Below are positions 59,743-64,000 of a stretch of 64,000 bases of DNA, in pieces. The notes below the pieces were generated by a model. The model did no database searches. It saw nothing but the letters and a program-made list of their open reading frames with translations, and was not told the origin of the DNA. Origin of the DNA: an uncultured delta proteobacterium (GTDB lineage: Bacteria; Desulfobacterota; Desulfobacteria; Desulfobacterales; B30-G6); contig CAWGLD010000007.1 of the NCBI GenBank assembly GCA_963823335.1, positions 224,001 to 288,000 on the forward strand, in the 5' to 3' direction. How positions within the stretch are numbered: position 1 is the stretch's first letter; each line of letters opens with the position of its first letter. The position numbers were made by a program, and so were the translations under genes.

Positions 59743-60699
59743 ATGAATATGCTAATCAACAAAACACATAAACAGTGGCTGACGGAAACATTCGGAGCCA
59801 ATGTACGATTTGAAGAACCCATGTCCCGGCATACGTCTCTTCGGGTGGGGGGACCGGCAGATGCCTATGTCACACCCCAAGAACAATCCGATCTGGTACT
59901 ACTTGTTCGATGGATACAGGAAAACACTCTGCCCTGTTTCATCATCGGCAATGGCTCCAATCTGCTGGTCCGGGACAAAGGCATGCGAGGGATTGTTATC
60001 TCTATGAAACACTGCCTGCAGGATATCCAACACACGGAATTGAACAAAAAAACCGTCACCGTGACATCGGGCGCCGCCGCCGGGCTCAACACCCTCTGCA
60101 AATACGCCACCGGCAACGGCTTCAAGGGAATGAATTTTGCCCTGGGCATCCCCGGGTCGGTGGGAGGCGCCATTGTGATGAATGCAGGAACAAGCCACGG
60201 AAGCATGGCAGACGTGACCACTGCCGTGTCAATACTCTGTCCCGATGGTGAGCCTGTAAGAATCGAAAAGCATGCTTTGCGGTTCCGATACAGGGAACTC
60301 GATTGGAAGGAGATTCCCGGGGTGTCAGGAATGAAAAACCCCATCATCCTTGAAGGAGAATTTCTGTTATCTGTGGCGGACAAGCATGAAATTGAAAAGG
60401 AAGCCAAGGCCATTCTACAGAAAAGAAGTGCAATACAGCCATTGCACCAAAAAAGCGCGGGATGCTTTTTTAAGAACCCGGCCACAGGAAAATCAGCCGG
60501 GGAACTGATCGATATGGCCGGTTTGAAGGGAAAGCAGATCGGAGATGCCCAAGTGTCCACCATACACGCCAACTTCATTATTAACAAAAACAGGGCAACC
60601 GCTGCGGACTTCCTTGAACTCAAGGAGTTGATTCAGGAAACCGTGTTAACGACATTCAATGTAACGCTTGAACCCGAGGTTAAAATTGTTGGCACATAA
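59743..60699 (+). CDS. murB: UDP-N-acetylenolpyruvoylglucosamine reductase
   Basis: HT..RVGG.A, G.GSNLL, GIPG.VGGA..MNAG, SAG..FKNP, HANF, LE.EV. Confidence 0.95.
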   Translation: MNMLINKTHKQWLTETFGANVRFEEPMSRHTSLRVGGPADAYVTPQEQSDLVLLVRWIQENTLPCFIIGNGSNLLVRDKGMRGIVISMKHCLQDIQHTELNKKTVTVTSGAAAGLNTLCKYATGNGFKGMNFALGIPGSVGGAIVMNAGTSHGSMADVTTAVSILCPDGEPVRIEKHALRFRYRELDWKEIPGVSGMKNPIILEGEFLLSVADKHEIEKEAKAILQKRSAIQPLHQKSAGCFFKNPATGKSAGELIDMAGLKGKQIGDAQVSTIHANFIINKNRATAADFLELKELIQETVLTTFNVTLEPEVKIVGT

Positions 60700-61540
60700 A
60701 AAAACCCGAAAAAATTTCTATAAAAACAGTGCCGCAAGAAGACGGACCAGAAGAATCCAGTATGCGCTCGGTCTTTTGAAAATCATATCCGGTTTGTCCC
60801 TTGTAGCCGTTATGAGTTTCGCTTTCATCTTTGGATACGATCTTTTTACCCAGTCCGGCTACTTTGAAACCGTTTATCTCAACGTGGAGGGCTGCAAGAC
60901 CCTGGATGAAAAAACGGTTATCGCCCAGGCAAAACTGTCCCAGGGGCTCAATATTTTCTCCGTGAATCTGGGCACTACCCGCAAAAGGCTTCTGGCGCAT
61001 CCATGGATATCAGAAGCTGAAGTCAGCCGGGAGATTCCTTCCGGTATCCGTATCCGTATCAAAGAACACGAGCCTCTGGCGATTATCGATGTCAATCGTA
61101 AATTTTTGCTCAACTTCCAGGGTGACCTCTTCAAGGAATGGGAAGTTACCGATCCGGTCAATCTGCCGATTGTGGACGGGCTGGCATTTTCCGATCTGAA
61201 TGTCGGGGCCAGGCCCTACAGTCAGCCATTCAATGCCGTCATGACGGTTTTAAAGCTGGGTCAGATTGAAGGCAGCATCCTCGCCAACGAGAAGATACGA
61301 AAAATAGAGGTGGACAAGGATATCGGTCTGACAATTCATGCAAACAACAGTCTCGGGACACTCAAACTGGGGTATGATAATTACGCCAGCAAATACAAAA
61401 GACTCCAGGAAGTCCTGTTTTATCTCAAGAAAAATAAAAACATACCGATATTGAACTCAATAGATCTGAATAATCCCAATCGGATTGTTGTCAACCTGAA
61501 TCTGGAAAAACAACCCGTCACGGGTCACAAGGAGGTGTAA
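60689..61540 (+). CDS. ftsQ: cell division protein FtsQ/DivIB
   Basis: Basic N-terminus, TM, POTRA-like 'HPWI..A.V.R..P....I.I.E..P'; TTG start after gaggt. Confidence 0.85.
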   Translation: MAHKKTRKNFYKNSAARRRTRRIQYALGLLKIISGLSLVAVMSFAFIFGYDLFTQSGYFETVYLNVEGCKTLDEKTVIAQAKLSQGLNIFSVNLGTTRKRLLAHPWISEAEVSREIPSGIRIRIKEHEPLAIIDVNRKFLLNFQGDLFKEWEVTDPVNLPIVDGLAFSDLNVGARPYSQPFNAVMTVLKLGQIEGSILANEKIRKIEVDKDIGLTIHANNSLGTLKLGYDNYASKYKRLQEVLFYLKKNKNIPILNSIDLNNPNRIVVNLNLEKQPVTGHKEV

Positions 61541-61541
61541 G

Positions 61542-62768
61542 TTGCAGGGTCACGAAAATATCGTCGTCGGTCTTGATATTGGAACTACGAAAATATGTGC
61601 CGTGGTAGGAGAAGTTTCCAACGACGACATCAGCATCATCGGTATCGGAACAAGTCCATCCATCGGACTTCGAAAAGGGGTGGTCGTCAATATCGAGTCG
61701 ACGGTGGACTCCATCAAGAAAGCGGTTGAAGAGGCTGAATTGATGGCCGGCTGCGAAATCTCATCCGTATACGCCGGCATCGCCGGTGGACACATCACCG
61801 GCTTCAACAGCCGCGGCATTGTCGCCATCAAGGGTTCGGAAATTACACAGACCGATGTGGATCGCGTCATCGACGCGGCGCGTGCCGTCGCCATACCCAT
61901 GGATCGGGAGGTCATACATGTCCTGCCACAGGAATACATCGTCGACGAACAGACGGGTATTCAGAACCCGGTGGGCATGGCCGGTGTCCGGCTGGAGGCA
62001 AAGATTCATATCGTGACAGGCGCCGTCACATCCGCCCATAACATCGTTAAATGTGCCAACCGCTCCGGACTCGATGTCTGTGACATCGTTCTGGAATCCC
62101 TTGCTTCCGGAGAAGCCGTGTTGACCAATGAAGAGAAAGAACTCGGCACAGCCCTGCTGGATCTGGGGGGCGGCACATCTGACCTGGCCATTTTCTCGGG
62201 GAAAAACATAAAACATACCTTTGTATTGAGTCTGGGGGGCAACAACCTGACCAATGATATTGCCATCGGGTTACGGGCCCCCCTGGCCGAGGCTGAAAAA
62301 ATCAAGACCCGCTACGGCACCTGCTCTTCTCACAGTATCAGCAGCGACGAAACCATAGAGGTTCCAGGAATGGGGGGGCGGGAACCCAAAAAACTACCCA
62401 GACAGATTCTGGGAGAAATCCTCGAACCACGGATGGAAGAAATTTTCACTCTTATCCAGAGAGAAATCTACCGGGCGGGTATGGAGAATATGATCAACTC
62501 GGGCATGGTCATGACAGGCGGCACAGCCCTTTTAGATGGAATCGGTGATATCGCCGAATCCATATTCAATCTGCCCGTCCGGATCGGGAAACCCAGCGGT
62601 ATCAGCGGCCTCGTGGACGTCGTCAACAACCCCATGTATGCCACAGGGGTAGGTCTGGTCATGTATGGGGTCAGGAACCAGGTGACCAAAAAATTCAGGA
62701 TACGGGACAAACATATTTTCAACGGCGTCATGGGTCAAATGCGAAAATGGTTCAAGGATGTCATATAG
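61542..62768 (+). CDS. ftsA: cell division protein FtsA
   Basis: GLDIGTTK, EAELMAG, P.GM.G.RLE, DLGGGT.D, GG...T.DI, AE.IK, TGG. Confidence 0.97.
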   Translation: MQGHENIVVGLDIGTTKICAVVGEVSNDDISIIGIGTSPSIGLRKGVVVNIESTVDSIKKAVEEAELMAGCEISSVYAGIAGGHITGFNSRGIVAIKGSEITQTDVDRVIDAARAVAIPMDREVIHVLPQEYIVDEQTGIQNPVGMAGVRLEAKIHIVTGAVTSAHNIVKCANRSGLDVCDIVLESLASGEAVLTNEEKELGTALLDLGGGTSDLAIFSGKNIKHTFVLSLGGNNLTNDIAIGLRAPLAEAEKIKTRYGTCSSHSISSDETIEVPGMGGREPKKLPRQILGEILEPRMEEIFTLIQREIYRAGMENMINSGMVMTGGTALLDGIGDIAESIFNLPVRIGKPSGISGLVDVVNNPMYATGVGLVMYGVRNQVTKKFRIRDKHIFNGVMGQMRKWFKDVI

Positions 62769-62797
62769 GTAACAATAATCTACTAACGGGAGGAAAC

Positions 62798-63985
62798 ATG
62801 TTTACTTACGTAGAAACCGACAAAACAGCTAAAATCAAGGTCATTGGGGTTGGCGGTGCAGGCGGCAACGCAATCAACAACATGATTGAGGGCAATCTGC
62901 AAGGGGTGAAATTCATCTGCGCCAATACGGATGCCCAGGCGCTCGAAGTGTCCAAGGCGGAAATCAAACTCCAATTGGGGGAAAAACTCACCGAAGGGCT
63001 GGGTGCCGGAGCCAATCCAAACATCGGCCGGGATGCGGCCCTGGAGAACAGGGACGCCATTCGCAAATCCCTTGAAAACAGCCATATGGTTTTTATCACC
63101 GCGGGATTCGGGGGTGGCACGGGAACAGGGGCAGCACCCGTGATTGCAGAAATCTGCAAGGAAATAGGTGCCCTCACGGTTGCCGTGGTTACACGACCCT
63201 TCTCCTTTGAAGGCCAAAAACGTGCCCGGCAGGCAGAGGAAGGCATCGAAACCCTGAAACAAGTGGCCGATACGGTTATTACCATACCCAACGACCGTCT
63301 CAGGGCTCTGGCTTCCAAGAACGCAAAAATGATTGAAATGTTCAAGAAGGCCGATGAAATTCTGCTCCATTCCGTCAAGGGCATCACGGATCTGATCATG
63401 ATGCCGGGGCTGGTCAATCTCGATTTCGCCGATGTCAGAACCACCATGTCCAGAGCGGGTCTGGCCATCATGGGCATCGGGGTTTCAAGGGGAGAAAACC
63501 GGGCTATAGAAGCCGCTGAGCGTGCCATATCCCATCCCCTCCTGGAGGATATCGCCATCTCCGGAGCCAAGGGTGTCCTCATGAACATCACCTGCAACAG
63601 CGAGCTGACCATGGAAGAGATGACAGAAGCTTCCGAGCGCATCTACAACGAGGTAGGCGAGAATGCAGATATCATCTGGGGGGCTGTGGTCGACGATTCC
63701 ATGGGTGACGAAATGAGTGTTACGGTCATCGCCACGGGTATCGGCGAAAAATCAGACAAGAAGACCAAGCCCGACAATGTCATGGATCACCCCTCCCGCG
63801 GCAGGGTCCGGGACATCATCCCCTCAGACCTGGAAAATATTGTGGACTATGACGAACCCACTTTTATCAGGAGAAAGGAAGCCGTTGGCGAATCAGGTGG
63901 CGCATCTTACCGTGGATACAAAGGTATCGTCATCGACAACAGTGATCTCGAGGTGCCGACTTTTTTGAGACGCAAAGCAGACTGA
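62798..63985 (+). CDS. ftsZ: cell division protein FtsZ
   Basis: GVGGAGGNA, NTD.QAL, GLGAGANP, GGGTGTG, NLDFADV, C-terminal PTFLR. Confidence 0.98.
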   Translation: MFTYVETDKTAKIKVIGVGGAGGNAINNMIEGNLQGVKFICANTDAQALEVSKAEIKLQLGEKLTEGLGAGANPNIGRDAALENRDAIRKSLENSHMVFITAGFGGGTGTGAAPVIAEICKEIGALTVAVVTRPFSFEGQKRARQAEEGIETLKQVADTVITIPNDRLRALASKNAKMIEMFKKADEILLHSVKGITDLIMMPGLVNLDFADVRTTMSRAGLAIMGIGVSRGENRAIEAAERAISHPLLEDIAISGAKGVLMNITCNSELTMEEMTEASERIYNEVGENADIIWGAVVDDSMGDEMSVTVIATGIGEKSDKKTKPDNVMDHPSRGRVRDIIPSDLENIVDYDEPTFIRRKEAVGESGGASYRGYKGIVIDNSDLEVPTFLRRKAD

Positions 63986-64000
63986 AACAAGACAACCCCA

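Overview
Probably a Desulfobacterales-like deltaproteobacterial chromosome segment (inferred from gene content: split purH, dcw order, typical intergenic palindromes). It has three parts. (1) 1-17.9 kb is the right part of an AT-rich genomic island. It ends at a tyrosine integrase (16497-17624) and a degenerate 3' half of tRNA-Arg(CCG) (17868-17917). Inside, unrelated cargo genes, all on the + strand, are separated by at least seven copies of a ~170-bp direct repeat plus two partial remnants. The copies have diverged in sequence but keep almost invariant internal spacing, carry an IHF-like site and lack a canonical attC. One copy is interrupted by an IS1182-family element, a group II intron sits just downstream of it, and one captured gene is cut off at a repeat boundary. 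This integron-like, non-attC cassette array is the most novel-looking system here. (2) 18-34 kb holds accessory or semi-conserved genes: EamA, pdxH, gldA, VKOR-thioredoxin, a csp remnant, a four-gene secreted-protein operon, an orphan higA, a MITE and an M23 peptidase. (3) 34-64 kb holds core genes (cobB, MMPL, serC, hisD, a GltD-like oxidoreductase, split purH, an HD protein) and the mraZ-ftsZ dcw cluster without ddl. Several families of small intergenic repeats occur, including tandem 18-bp units with covarying C-GNA-G mini-hairpins. All calls are by eye from the sequence and ORF track; no database searches were run.
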